This document shows, piece after piece, positions 46,758 through 56,957 of a DNA stretch of 64,000 bases. The first letter of the stretch is position 1. The number at the start of each line of letters is the position of its first letter. Position numbers and translations under genes: made by a program. Origin of the DNA: an uncultured Candidatus Sumerlaeota bacterium (GTDB taxonomy: Bacteria; CAYMEV01). Location of the stretch: NCBI GenBank assembly GCA_964389675.1, contig CAYMEV010000014.1:1-64000 (forward strand), read 5' to 3'. The notes below the pieces were generated by a model. It saw only the letters and a list, made by a program, of their open reading frames with translations, searched no databases and was not told where the DNA came from.

Positions 46758-47660
46758 ATGGCAGATTCAAAAGAAAACGACCGGAAGAAAATTGGAAAGA
46801 CAGAGGAAGGTTACCTCGAAGTTACAGGGGGAAAGGTCTGGTACCGGATCCTTGGCTCTGATAAAAAAAAGATGCCGCTTATTGTAGTGCACGGCGGTCC
46901 AGGTGCAACTCATGATTATCTTGAGACGATTGGAGACCTTTCCGCCCAGAGGCCGGTTGTTTTCTATGATCAGCTCGGGTCCGGGAATTCAGACAGGCCC
47001 ATGGATAAAAGCCTGTATGCAGTGCCCAGGTTCGTTGATGAACTTGACAGGCTGATAAAAAAAACAGGATGCAGAAAGGCCTTTCTTCTGGGTTCTTCAT
47101 GGGGAACAATGATTATATCAAAATTTATGGAAAAAGGCAGTGAGAATGTTGCCGGGATAATATTCTCCGGCCCGGCGATAAGCTCAAAAATGTTCACCAG
47201 GGATGCAAGAAGTCTTATAAAAAAACTTCCGGAAGATTCTCAGAAGGCAATTTACGAGGGTGAAAAAAAGGGTGAATACAATGATGAATATCAGAGGGCA
47301 ATGCTTCTTTACTACAGCAAATTCCTTTGCATGCTCGAACCTTATCCGGACTGCCTTAAAAGGACGCTTGAGAAGATGGCCCCGTTTGTTTATGAATATA
47401 TGTGGGGGCCCAGCGAGTTTACATGCACTGGCACATTAAAGGATTTTGACGGAATTGAAAGCATAAAAAGGATAAAAGTGCCGGTATTGTTCACCTGCGG
47501 CAGATATGATGAAGCCACTCCACAAACGACCAGGTACTACTCAGACCAGATCCCGGGATCAAAGGTAGTAATCTTTGAAAATGCCTCCCATTCTCACCAT
47601 CTTGAAAAAAGAGACGAGTATAATAAATGTATTATGGATTTTTTGTCTGAAATAGACTGA
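46758..47660 (+). CDS. Proline iminopeptidase-family alpha/beta hydrolase (S33)
   Basis: HGGPG, YDQLGSGNS, GSSWG nucleophile elbow, MWGPSEF, GRYDE, SHSHH. Start re-called to ATG 46758 after the AAGGAG SD. Confidence 0.9.
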   Translation: MADSKENDRKKIGKTEEGYLEVTGGKVWYRILGSDKKKMPLIVVHGGPGATHDYLETIGDLSAQRPVVFYDQLGSGNSDRPMDKSLYAVPRFVDELDRLIKKTGCRKAFLLGSSWGTMIISKFMEKGSENVAGIIFSGPAISSKMFTRDARSLIKKLPEDSQKAIYEGEKKGEYNDEYQRAMLLYYSKFLCMLEPYPDCLKRTLEKMAPFVYEYMWGPSEFTCTGTLKDFDGIESIKRIKVPVLFTCGRYDEATPQTTRYYSDQIPGSKVVIFENASHSHHLEKRDEYNKCIMDFLSEID

Positions 47661-47712
47661 TAATATTTGACAGGGATTTTTTTCATTGTAAAAAAACTCT
47701 AAGCATTTATAT

Positions 47713-50700
47713 ATGCATAAAGGGTATATAAGTCAGCAGAAAGCAATACATAATCAAGAAGGTCAGTATATGGGCAGAGAAGCCGGGATAAACAATCCAA
47801 GCAATGATGAGAAGGAGTATATGCTTTCTGATATAATAAGCATTGCTGAGCTGCAGGGCCTGGTTGACAATTATTTTAATCTGGCCGGCATCAGCACTGC
47901 CATAATAGACAAGGGCGGTTATGTCATCGTATCTGCAGGATATCAGGAGGTCTGCCAGAGATACTACAGAAATCACCCTGAAACATTGAAAAGATGCCTT
48001 CTAAGTGATAAGAATATAAGGGATGATTTAAAAAGGGGTGAATACCAGCTCTATAAATGCAGTAATGGCCTGTGGAATGCATTTACTCCAATTTATATCG
48101 AGGGTTCCAGCATTGCAAATCTTTTTCTTGGTCAGTTCTTTTTTGAAGATGATGAAATAGACCCTGATGTGATACTCAAAACTGCAGAAATATGCGGTTT
48201 TAACAGGGGTGAGTATCAAAATGCACTCAAAAAAGTACCCAGGATAAGCCACGAAAAATTTGAATCAGCTGTAAAATTCCATGTCGAGATGGCTGGATTG
48301 ATTTCCAGCCTTGGCAATAAGAATATCGGCCTTTCAAAGACTCTTTCTCAAAGGGAATCTCTGCTTGAATCATTGAGGCAGAGTGAGGCAAAATTCCGCA
48401 GATATATTGATAATGCACCAAACGGTATATTCATTACGGACAGGCATGGCATATTTAAGGAGGTAAACAGGACTGCCTGCGATATAACCGGCTACACAGA
48501 GGATGAACTTGTGGGCAACAGCATGATGATCATGGTGCCCAGGTCCGAGCATGGCATTGTAAAGGAGCATATAGCAAAGCTGAATGAGTTCGGCAGGACA
48601 TATGTCGAGATACCCTTTATCCATAAAGATGGCAATATCAAAGTATGGAGCGTCGATTCCATATGTATCTCTGAGAATTCCTATGCCGGTTTTACCAGGG
48701 ATATCACTGAAAGGAAAAAGTCGCAGGAAAGGGTAGAAAAACTTGCTGATGATTATGAAAAGTTATTTAACGGACTCCAGGAGGCAATGTTTCTTATCAG
48801 GGTAAAGAAGGGTCCTGAGTTTATATTCATCAGGGCCAATACACGTTTCCAGAAAAAGACAGGCATTCCCCTCTCAGACATAACAGGAAAGACTCCTGCA
48901 GCTCTTGCAGGAGAGAAGCTCGGGAAACAGATGGAAAGACGATTTCAGGTATGCCTGAGAAAAAAAGAGCCATATTCATTCGAGGAAAAGGTAAGCCTGC
49001 CTGACGGGGAGCATATATGGCTGACCACACTGAATCCTGTGATTTCAGAAGGGCAGGTGAATTACATAATCGGCAATTCGTTTGATATTACAGTAAATAA
49101 ATCCGCTGAGGAATCATTAAAAAGAGAGCTTCGTTTTGAACGTTTCATCGCTGAAATATCATCTGATCTGATCAATGCCTCACCTGAAAATATTGCCAGC
49201 ATTATAAATTCAATGCTCGAGAAGGCATGCGCTTTCTTCGGTGTTGACAGGGGTTATATATACAGGTTTTCTGATAATGGTACAGGGATGAAGAAGATAT
49301 ATGAGTACTGCAGTGATGATTATCACAGCGAAGAGGGAATTGAAAGGACTGTTGAGGATTATCCATGGTGGTCAACACAGATTAAGGGCCATGATCATAT
49401 CTATATTGAGGATATTGATGAAATGCCGGATGAAGCCAGTATTGAGAAAAGGGTCTTCTCTGACCAGAAGATAAAAACCCTGCTTAATATCCTCATAAAA
49501 AAAGGCGGTTCAACCATTGGATTTTTCGGATTTGATTCCGTTTTCAGGGTAAAAAAATGGACAAAGGAGCAGATCTCGCTCATGTCCGTCATAGCGGGCA
49601 GGGTTTTCGACGCCCTGACTAAAAACAGCATGGAATTGGAGCTTATCAGGTCAAAGGAAATAGCTGTTGCTGCCAATAAAGCAAAGAGCGATTTTCTTGC
49701 CAATATATCACATGAGATAAGGACCCCGCTGAATGGGATCATAGGCTTTGTCGACCTGCTTATGGCGACTGAACTTGGAGAGATCCAGAAGCAATATCTT
49801 GAGAATGTCAGTGTTTCTGCAAGATCACTTCTTGAGATCCTGAATGATATACTGGATTTTTCAAAGATAGAGGCAGGAAAACTGCTTCTTAATGAGCAGA
49901 AGACAGACCTTATCTCTCTTATCGAAAATGCAATTGATATTACAAAGTACAGTGCAGAGAAGAAGGGCCTGGAGCTCCTGATGAATATAAGGCCTGATAC
50001 TCCCAGGTTTATTCATATTGACAGCCTCAGGCTCAAGCAGATACTTGTCAATCTTCTAAGCAATGCCATAAAATTTACAGAAAAAGGGGAAGTTGAGCTT
50101 CTTGTATACCCTGTATTTTCCAGAGACAGCAAAGGAAGGGCAAAATTCTGTTTTTCAGTAAGGGATACAGGCATAGGCATATCCTGCGAAGATCAGGGGA
50201 AACTATTTTCTGATTTCTTCCAGGCTGATTCAACCACCACAAAAAAATATGGAGGCTCAGGGCTGGGCTTATCGATCTCAAACAGCCTTCTTGAGAAGAT
50301 GGGTTCATCTCTGAATGTCTCAAGTGCCCTGAATAAGGGAAGCACATTCTCCTTCAGCATTGAAAGCAGATATGAAAATGATGAAGATGATAAATGCCCG
50401 GATCTTAAGGGCTTGAAAAATATAATGGTAATAGATGACAATGATTCAGGCTTAAGGATTATTGAAAATATGCTGAAACACCTTAATTTAACCTGTGAAA
50501 CATATACAGACCCGGGAAAATGCATAAAACGATTGAAAGAGTCCGTGCAATTTGACCTTATCCTTCTGGATTTCAATATGCCGTCCTTAAATGGCATAGA
50601 AATGGCAGAAAGGATAAGGCAGGAGACCGGCATAAATTACGATAAATGCCCTGTTGCCATTATGTTCTCAAGCAGGGAGGAAAGTGAGAATTACTATTAT

Positions 50701-51579
50701 TGCCAGCATGCAGGAATAAGGCACAAGATCCAAAAGCCTGTCAGGATGTCCGGCCTGATAAAGCTCCTTGCAAGGGTTTCAAACCGCGATTATGAATCTG
50801 AATACAAAAAGCCCGAAATATCCCCGAAGCATAAGGCTGAAACCCGTATAAGCTCCCAAAAGATAAATGTCATACTTATTGCAGAGGATAACAGCATGAG
50901 CATCATGCTTCTAAAATCAATGATAATGAGGCTTCTGCCAAAGGCTGTTGTAATTGAGGCAAAAAACGGCCATGAAGCTGTGAAGCTCTATAAAGAATAT
51001 ATGCCTGACCTTATATTTATGGATATTCACATGCCTGAACTGGATGGCTATTCTGCAGCTGCATGCATCAGAAAGGCTGAGAAGGATAAAGGTTCCCAGA
51101 CACCTATAATTGCCCTTACTGCAAGAGCTTCCAAAGGGGAAAGGGAAAAATGCCTGAAGCTGGGAATGAATGATTATATTTCCAAGCCGATAACATTAGA
51201 ATATATTGAAGATGTTCTGAAGCGGTTTATTGCAGAAAACGGGAATTCTGATACGCATTTTAACAGGGAAGCCCTGCTGAAAAACCTCTATGGCGATGCT
51301 GACCTGCTCTCAATGATGATAAGGGAAAGCGTAAGCGCTATGCCCCTTTACCTGAAGGAAATCCAGGATGCCCTGAAGGAAAAGGATCTGGGCATGGTGA
51401 GGGAGAAAGCACATAAGATCAAGGGTGCAGCACTGACCATGCAGTTTAACAGCCTGTCCAGGATCGCAAAGACCATAGAGACAAATCCGCACTATGATAT
51501 CAGCAGAATTGAAAAGCTCATCAAAGACCTGGAGGATGAACTTGATGCTGTTATTACTGAACTGAGAAAAAGCCTCTGA
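47713..51579 (+). CDS. Hybrid histidine kinase PocR-PAS-PAS-GAF-HisKA-HATPase-REC-REC-Hpt
   Basis: PocR (QEVCQRYYRNHPETLKRC...YKCSNGLW), PAS domains, FLANISHEIRTPLNG, NLLSNAIKFT, DTGIG, GGSGLGL, two REC domains, Hpt AHKIKG. Start codon uncertain. Confidence 0.92.
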   Translation: MHKGYISQQKAIHNQEGQYMGREAGINNPSNDEKEYMLSDIISIAELQGLVDNYFNLAGISTAIIDKGGYVIVSAGYQEVCQRYYRNHPETLKRCLLSDKNIRDDLKRGEYQLYKCSNGLWNAFTPIYIEGSSIANLFLGQFFFEDDEIDPDVILKTAEICGFNRGEYQNALKKVPRISHEKFESAVKFHVEMAGLISSLGNKNIGLSKTLSQRESLLESLRQSEAKFRRYIDNAPNGIFITDRHGIFKEVNRTACDITGYTEDELVGNSMMIMVPRSEHGIVKEHIAKLNEFGRTYVEIPFIHKDGNIKVWSVDSICISENSYAGFTRDITERKKSQERVEKLADDYEKLFNGLQEAMFLIRVKKGPEFIFIRANTRFQKKTGIPLSDITGKTPAALAGEKLGKQMERRFQVCLRKKEPYSFEEKVSLPDGEHIWLTTLNPVISEGQVNYIIGNSFDITVNKSAEESLKRELRFERFIAEISSDLINASPENIASIINSMLEKACAFFGVDRGYIYRFSDNGTGMKKIYEYCSDDYHSEEGIERTVEDYPWWSTQIKGHDHIYIEDIDEMPDEASIEKRVFSDQKIKTLLNILIKKGGSTIGFFGFDSVFRVKKWTKEQISLMSVIAGRVFDALTKNSMELELIRSKEIAVAANKAKSDFLANISHEIRTPLNGIIGFVDLLMATELGEIQKQYLENVSVSARSLLEILNDILDFSKIEAGKLLLNEQKTDLISLIENAIDITKYSAEKKGLELLMNIRPDTPRFIHIDSLRLKQILVNLLSNAIKFTEKGEVELLVYPVFSRDSKGRAKFCFSVRDTGIGISCEDQGKLFSDFFQADSTTTKKYGGSGLGLSISNSLLEKMGSSLNVSSALNKGSTFSFSIESRYENDEDDKCPDLKGLKNIMVIDDNDSGLRIIENMLKHLNLTCETYTDPGKCIKRLKESVQFDLILLDFNMPSLNGIEMAERIRQETGINYDKCPVAIMFSSREESENYYYCQHAGIRHKIQKPVRMSGLIKLLARVSNRDYESEYKKPEISPKHKAETRISSQKINVILIAEDNSMSIMLLKSMIMRLLPKAVVIEAKNGHEAVKLYKEYMPDLIFMDIHMPELDGYSAAACIRKAEKDKGSQTPIIALTARASKGEREKCLKLGMNDYISKPITLEYIEDVLKRFIAENGNSDTHFNREALLKNLYGDADLLSMMIRESVSAMPLYLKEIQDALKEKDLGMVREKAHKIKGAALTMQFNSLSRIAKTIETNPHYDISRIEKLIKDLEDELDAVITELRKSL

Positions 51580-51614
51580 CAAGGATATTATAAAAATGCA
51601 TCAGTAAAGCTGCA

Positions 51615-51648
51615 TGCAGGTATCTGGACTTAGATGCTGCCCTTTTTT
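51615..51648 (+). terminator. Possible intrinsic terminator between convergent genes
   Basis: Imperfect stem GCAGGTATCT...AGATGCTGC followed by CCTTTTTT. Confidence 0.3.
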
Positions 51649-51649
51649 A

Positions 51650-54118
51650 TCAGTTCTTTTTCATAAGCTTCAGGAAATGATCATAATCGTCTGCTTTAAT
51701 TATATTATCGGTCAGTGTTTTTACCATTACCATCCTTGATATCTGTGAAAGGATGTTGAGATGCTGCTGGACAGGCTGGGATTCAGGGACTACCAGCACT
51801 ATGAGTATGCGGGGCTTTGACCCGGAATCTGGGATATCAAACCCTGATCTGTTTACAGCAGGGTATATCTGAGATCCCTGAACCTGTTCTGTATGGGTGT
51901 GTATCAGGAGTATATCCGGTGAGAGATCTATGGGGTAATCCCTGAGGACTGAAGAAAGCTCCGTCGTAATATTTTCGGAAATATCGGGATAGTGTTTTTC
52001 CGCTATGTACTGAAAAATTTTCACGGGGTTATTTTCCCGGGTATTGATAATATAGTTATCACCGGGGATCTCGTTTAAGAGGTTAAGGTCTTCAGGGAAT
52101 ATTTCGCTGGTGTCTTCATACTCTTCAGGATGATAATAGGGGTATACTACAATAAGGTTATTATCCGGAAAATTCTGCTTTATCCTGTAGGGCATCTGGT
52201 CAAAGGACAATCTCCAGGCTATCCTGCCCTGCCTTGATATCATCTGTATGAACATATCATTCTGTGATACAGTCTTGTGAAGCTCCCTGCAAAGATTCTT
52301 CCAGCTTTTTACTTCCACGAAGCCGGCTTCTTTCTCTGATGCCTTAAAATGATGCTTTATCTCTGCATAGGTTTCTGATTCTGCAAAAACGGTTATCCTG
52401 GCATGAAGGTCATTGCAGAGCTTTATTATGCTGCTTAAGGTATCGGTAAACCCATATTGTTTATTAATAAAGGGAGGAATTATGAGTATGATCCTGCGGG
52501 TTATGTTCAGAGGTTTTACCAGCCTTGATATAAAAATCATTTCATCACTGCTGTCGACAAGCTGTTCAATTATTGAATCAAAGAATTTATGTTTGAAGCT
52601 CGCAGGCTCATTCCATCCGAGTATTACCTTTGAGATCCTCTGTTCAGCAATTGCCTTGATTATTCCTGAAGATATTTTGTAATCTATTTTAAGGAGAGGC
52701 AAAACCTGTTTCTGCATTGTGCTTGCCCTTATGCTTGCCTTGGTGAGTATATTTTCCCCGTCAATAATATCTTTTTCGGAATTTCTGCCCTCAAGCGCAA
52801 TATGCATGGGATAAAGAGGCTCCTTGGAGCCCTTTGGATGCAGAAGCACGGCAAGGTCAATCATCTCATTTACCTTATCAGGCTTTGATATCGGGATCAG
52901 TATCCGGTCAAGAGTTCCTGCACTCTCTGATTCAAAGCTTTCTCCCCCTGTCAGGATAAGCTTTCTGGAGTATTTCTCAGTCACAATTGAGCCGATGAAG
53001 GTTGTTATGAGTATCATCATGATGGTGCCTGTCAGGACAGGCTCTCCGAAAATTTCAACCCTGTAGCCGATTATCACGACTGCAAGTGTGGCTGCTGCCT
53101 GGCTTACGCTTAATCCGAATATAATGCCGGTCTCAGCACTGCTGAATCCGGAAATTTTTGTGAAAAACCTCGCTGCAATGTATTTTGACAGTACCGCAAT
53201 AATTATCATGGTTATAGAAACCCTTATTGTAGTCAGGTCTGTAAGGAGAAGCCCGGGATTAATGAGCATCCCTGTTGATATAAGAAAGAATGGGATGAAA
53301 AGCGAATTGCCCACGAACTGTATGTGGTTCATCAGCATGCTTTTATCAGGTATGAGGGAATTCAGTGTAAGCCCTGCCAGGAATGCCCCGATGATCGGTT
53401 CAAGGCTTGCAATATGTGAAAAAAAGGCTGATATGAACATGGCTGTAAAGACAAAAGCATATTCTTCAACACCGGTATCGGATGAAAAATTCCTGAAGAA
53501 CCAGCTTCCGATCCTGGGAAGGAATCTTATTATCAGGTAGCTGTAAAGGGAGATTGACAGAACCAGATTGACCCAGAAGGACAGGTCGAGCCTTCCATGC
53601 CTTGATGAGACGATGACAGCAAGGATAAGAAGCGCAAGCGTATCTGTTATTATAGTCCCGCCCACGGTTATGGTCACTGCCCTTTTCTTTGACAGGCCCA
53701 GCCTGCTTACGACAGGAAAGGTAAGAAGCGTGTGCGATGAAAACATGCTTGCAAGCAGGATGGATGCGACAATGTTCATGCCAAGAACATAGTACCCTGC
53801 AAAGGTACCAAGTATCAGGGGGAAAAGAAAGGTTGAAATTCCGAACTTTGCGGTATTGTGCCTGTCTTTTTTCAGGCTCTCAAGGTTTATCTCAAGCCCT
53901 GCCTGGAACATTATATATAAAAGGCCAATTGTTCCGAGAAGCTCAATTGTCTGGTCCCTTTCCAGTATTCCGAAGAGATGCGGGCCAATGATTATGCCTG
54001 ATGTGATCAGCCCTATTGAGCCGGGGAGCCTGATCTTTTTGAAAATGAGAGGGGATATTAGAACAAGTGTCATGACTATGGAAAATATCAGAACTGGATC
54101 ATGTAATGGAAAAGTCAC
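51650..54118 (-). CDS. CPA2 cation:proton antiporter with cytoplasmic USP-like and PTS-IIA-like C-terminal domains
   Basis: About 12 TM helices, GIIIGP, SSHTLL, GTIITDT, IIGAFLAG, PFFLISTG, QAAATLA. RILIPIS USP-like domain. C-terminal LIHTH...HLNILSQISR. Confidence 0.85.
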   Translation of the reverse strand: MTFPLHDPVLIFSIVMTLVLISPLIFKKIRLPGSIGLITSGIIIGPHLFGILERDQTIELLGTIGLLYIMFQAGLEINLESLKKDRHNTAKFGISTFLFPLILGTFAGYYVLGMNIVASILLASMFSSHTLLTFPVVSRLGLSKKRAVTITVGGTIITDTLALLILAVIVSSRHGRLDLSFWVNLVLSISLYSYLIIRFLPRIGSWFFRNFSSDTGVEEYAFVFTAMFISAFFSHIASLEPIIGAFLAGLTLNSLIPDKSMLMNHIQFVGNSLFIPFFLISTGMLINPGLLLTDLTTIRVSITMIIIAVLSKYIAARFFTKISGFSSAETGIIFGLSVSQAAATLAVVIIGYRVEIFGEPVLTGTIMMILITTFIGSIVTEKYSRKLILTGGESFESESAGTLDRILIPISKPDKVNEMIDLAVLLHPKGSKEPLYPMHIALEGRNSEKDIIDGENILTKASIRASTMQKQVLPLLKIDYKISSGIIKAIAEQRISKVILGWNEPASFKHKFFDSIIEQLVDSSDEMIFISRLVKPLNITRRIILIIPPFINKQYGFTDTLSSIIKLCNDLHARITVFAESETYAEIKHHFKASEKEAGFVEVKSWKNLCRELHKTVSQNDMFIQMISRQGRIAWRLSFDQMPYRIKQNFPDNNLIVVYPYYHPEEYEDTSEIFPEDLNLLNEIPGDNYIINTRENNPVKIFQYIAEKHYPDISENITTELSSVLRDYPIDLSPDILLIHTHTEQVQGSQIYPAVNRSGFDIPDSGSKPRILIVLVVPESQPVQQHLNILSQISRMVMVKTLTDNIIKADDYDHFLKLMKKN

Positions 54119-54251
54119 TGACTTTGCTGCAGCCCTCTATAATAATATTATTGGAACATATAATATCAGTAAAAAACGAAATCGTAAATTTATTAATTTT
54201 GTAAGCAGTTCATCCGATGGAAATTATAAGCTCGACAGGCTGGATGAGCTT

Positions 54252-54395
54252 TTAATAGTTCATGATCCCCAGTATGAAAGCAATTATATATAATAAGCCT
54301 ATTATGCCCCAGAATATAATGACTATAGCCACTATTGCCTTGAAGATACAGCCCAGGCTTTTCATGTTTTCATCAAAATCAAAGAACCTTTTCAT
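54252..54395 (-). CDS. Small (47 aa) membrane protein
   Basis: Not in the ORF track. MKRFFDFDENMKSLGCIFKAIVAIVIIFWGIIGLLYIIAFILGIMNY* with GCGGGG upstream. Fills an otherwise empty gap. Confidence 0.5.
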   Translation of the reverse strand: MKRFFDFDENMKSLGCIFKAIVAIVIIFWGIIGLLYIIAFILGIMNY

Positions 54396-54519
54396 TTATT
54401 TAAGCCCCGCTTTATTCTTTATTTCTAATTATCATAGATATTGTACATTTAAAAAATTCACCTATAATAATTAATATATGCTTTAAATATAATATATCAA
54501 ACTTTACTTAGGGATATAT

Positions 54520-56112
54520 ATGAATCTTTTTTGCCTGTATATTTTTTTTCCTATTCTTTTTTCATTTGTTAAATCAGGCAAAACAGCCATTCCTGAAATT
54601 GATGGAATTTTGAAAAGGGTATCAGAGGACAGGAATGATGGCAAATTTTATATTGTTATTCTCGATGAAAAAAACAAAACTGAATATATTTGTGATGATT
54701 TTTTCATCATAACAGCCATAGAACAGCATTATGGCATATTTTTCGAGGATTTTGCAGGCAGGGATATCAGCCATCTTGATATGAGGTTGATATTAAAGAA
54801 TATTGGATTGATTACTATTACCCATAATAAAAGAAAAATGAGCAAGATAGATTCAGGAGATTCAACCTGTATCAGATTGAATTCCGATGATGAAATTAAA
54901 TACTCAGATATAAACCCCGGAAGGCCGGAGCCTGATTTTTACCACAGGTATATAGATGTCCCGGTCGATTATAAGGATAAGGATTCCAAAACCTTCAAGC
55001 TGTATTATGAGCTGAGTACGGATTATGACCCGTCAAAGCCCATTGTTATCGTGCCGGCTGACGGGCAGAGATTCTATTCACAGGCAGGCTGGGCTGACAG
55101 GTATAAGAATATCTTTAACCTTGATTCATTTAATGTCGTTACCTTTGAGTACAGGGGCATGTACCTGTCCCGTATAGAGGAGCTCAAGAAGGGCGACTGG
55201 CAGGAGGCTTACAGGATACTCAATACTGATAATGCTGTAGAGGATATTGAGATGATAAGGAGGGACCTTGCAGGGGAAGGCAGGGTCAATATTCTTGGCG
55301 GGTCCGGAATTGCAATGATGGGGCTTAAATATATCTCAAAATACCGCAATTACGTGGATAGGGCATTTCTGATGAGTTTTTTCAGGGATGCAAAGGGAAG
55401 CAGTGAAGCAGGCAACAGGTATTTTAAGAGATTCCTTGAGAAAAATGGGCTCAATGCAGATTTTAAAAGGGTGCTGTCTGACCCGTCAGCTGATATTCCT
55501 CAGCTTCTTTATATGGTACAGCGGCTCTTATATAATGATTCAGATGAAGCAGCCCTTCTTATCAGGGATACTGCAGAAAAAAGGATGAAGAGGTTTGAAA
55601 AAAACCGGAAGAAATTCGGCAGTGTTGACTTTTTCGTCAGGTTTTACCAGAAATACTGCCCATGGTCTGTGGTTTTTATGTATGAAACAAATATACCTGA
55701 GGAACCGGAAACCGGATATGATATAAACTACCCCTATCTGAAATTCGGCGAACCTCTCATTGAACTGGAGAAAAAAGGCTCAGTCAGGTTCAAACCCTTT
55801 TGTATAGATTCCCTTGAAAAGGTAAGAACTGAAATACTTCTCATCGGGGGCACTCTTGACCAGGTTGCCCCCCTGGAGGAAACAGAGAGGATATATCGTG
55901 ATCTCCCGAATTCTAGATTTGCAGTATTTGAAGCATACCACTGCCTTCAGGTACTGCCTGAAACCAGGAAGTGCAGGAATGATATAGCAAGCCTTTTTTT
56001 TCAGTACGGGCTTTATTCAGAAGAACTTGAGAATTACCTTAAGATAAATGGAAGCGTGGGAGGGTTCATAAAGTTCTATGAAAAAGACACATTTTCTGGT
56101 AAAATAAAATAG
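54520..56112 (+). CDS. Divergent alpha/beta hydrolase (S33/tripeptidyl-peptidase-like)
   Basis: DVPVDY, FEYRG, VEDIEMIRR, LGGSG (Ser elbow), GGTLD (acid), AYHC (His). The N-terminal ~120 aa are unassigned and the start is uncertain. Confidence 0.65.
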   Translation: MNLFCLYIFFPILFSFVKSGKTAIPEIDGILKRVSEDRNDGKFYIVILDEKNKTEYICDDFFIITAIEQHYGIFFEDFAGRDISHLDMRLILKNIGLITITHNKRKMSKIDSGDSTCIRLNSDDEIKYSDINPGRPEPDFYHRYIDVPVDYKDKDSKTFKLYYELSTDYDPSKPIVIVPADGQRFYSQAGWADRYKNIFNLDSFNVVTFEYRGMYLSRIEELKKGDWQEAYRILNTDNAVEDIEMIRRDLAGEGRVNILGGSGIAMMGLKYISKYRNYVDRAFLMSFFRDAKGSSEAGNRYFKRFLEKNGLNADFKRVLSDPSADIPQLLYMVQRLLYNDSDEAALLIRDTAEKRMKRFEKNRKKFGSVDFFVRFYQKYCPWSVVFMYETNIPEEPETGYDINYPYLKFGEPLIELEKKGSVRFKPFCIDSLEKVRTEILLIGGTLDQVAPLEETERIYRDLPNSRFAVFEAYHCLQVLPETRKCRNDIASLFFQYGLYSEELENYLKINGSVGGFIKFYEKDTFSGKIK

Positions 56113-56123
56113 GAGCTGAAGAA

Positions 56124-56777
56124 ATGGAGATAGAGCTTAAAGGATTTAACAGGGAGAGGTTCGAGATATTCCTGAAAAAAAACGGTATCAGGTATGATAC
56201 TGTAAAAGACAGGGTGATCATTCCTGATTTTGTCTTTTCTGAAGATGAAAAAGAATATATAGCAAGGCACTTCAGTTTCCTTGATATTTTCTACTGGGGA
56301 GACAGGGGCATTGAGAATGTCATATTATGGGAGAACCCGCCAAGAATACGGGATGTTATTACAGAGTTTAACCTGCTTTTCCCGAATGCGGATTTTGACT
56401 GTTTCGTATCCATGGAATCAAGAGGGTTTATTCTCGGGGGGATCTTCAGCTATGAATACCTTAAACCCCTGATCGCCATAAGAAAATATAAAAGGGTTCA
56501 TGACAGTGTCCCGGGGTTGAAGCATCACTATGTAAACTGGAATAAAGAAAAGGAGACTATCTATCTGTTCAGGACCGATTCCAGGCTTAAAAAATGCATA
56601 TTCATCGACGATGTCATGGACACAGGGAGATCACTGAAGGCATCCGAGGAATTACTGAAAATGCAGGATATAAATATTATAGGGGCATTCTATCTCGCCG
56701 ATAACTCAAAGCCCGGGACAAGAGAGTCCTTCGACTTTCCGGTAAAAAGCCTCGTAAGGCCACCTGAAATCAAATAA
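56124..56777 (+). CDS. Type I phosphoribosyltransferase (APRT-like)
   Basis: MESRGFILG, IRK, PRPP-binding FIDDVMDTGRS. Extra N-terminal ~60 aa. Confidence 0.8.
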   Translation: MEIELKGFNRERFEIFLKKNGIRYDTVKDRVIIPDFVFSEDEKEYIARHFSFLDIFYWGDRGIENVILWENPPRIRDVITEFNLLFPNADFDCFVSMESRGFILGGIFSYEYLKPLIAIRKYKRVHDSVPGLKHHYVNWNKEKETIYLFRTDSRLKKCIFIDDVMDTGRSLKASEELLKMQDINIIGAFYLADNSKPGTRESFDFPVKSLVRPPEIK

Positions 56778-56957
56778 TGCCGGTTTTTATCCCTTATGCG
56801 GCAAAAATGAGCTTACTGAAAGATGAAGCATTTAAGGGAAATTTACTTTATTTCAGATATTAATTTGGTAAAAGGTATATATTGAGCTTTAAAGTGCGAT
56901 AATATATGAATTTTTATATAAATCTTTATAATCAGCAAGTTCTATCGGGTCAGCACT

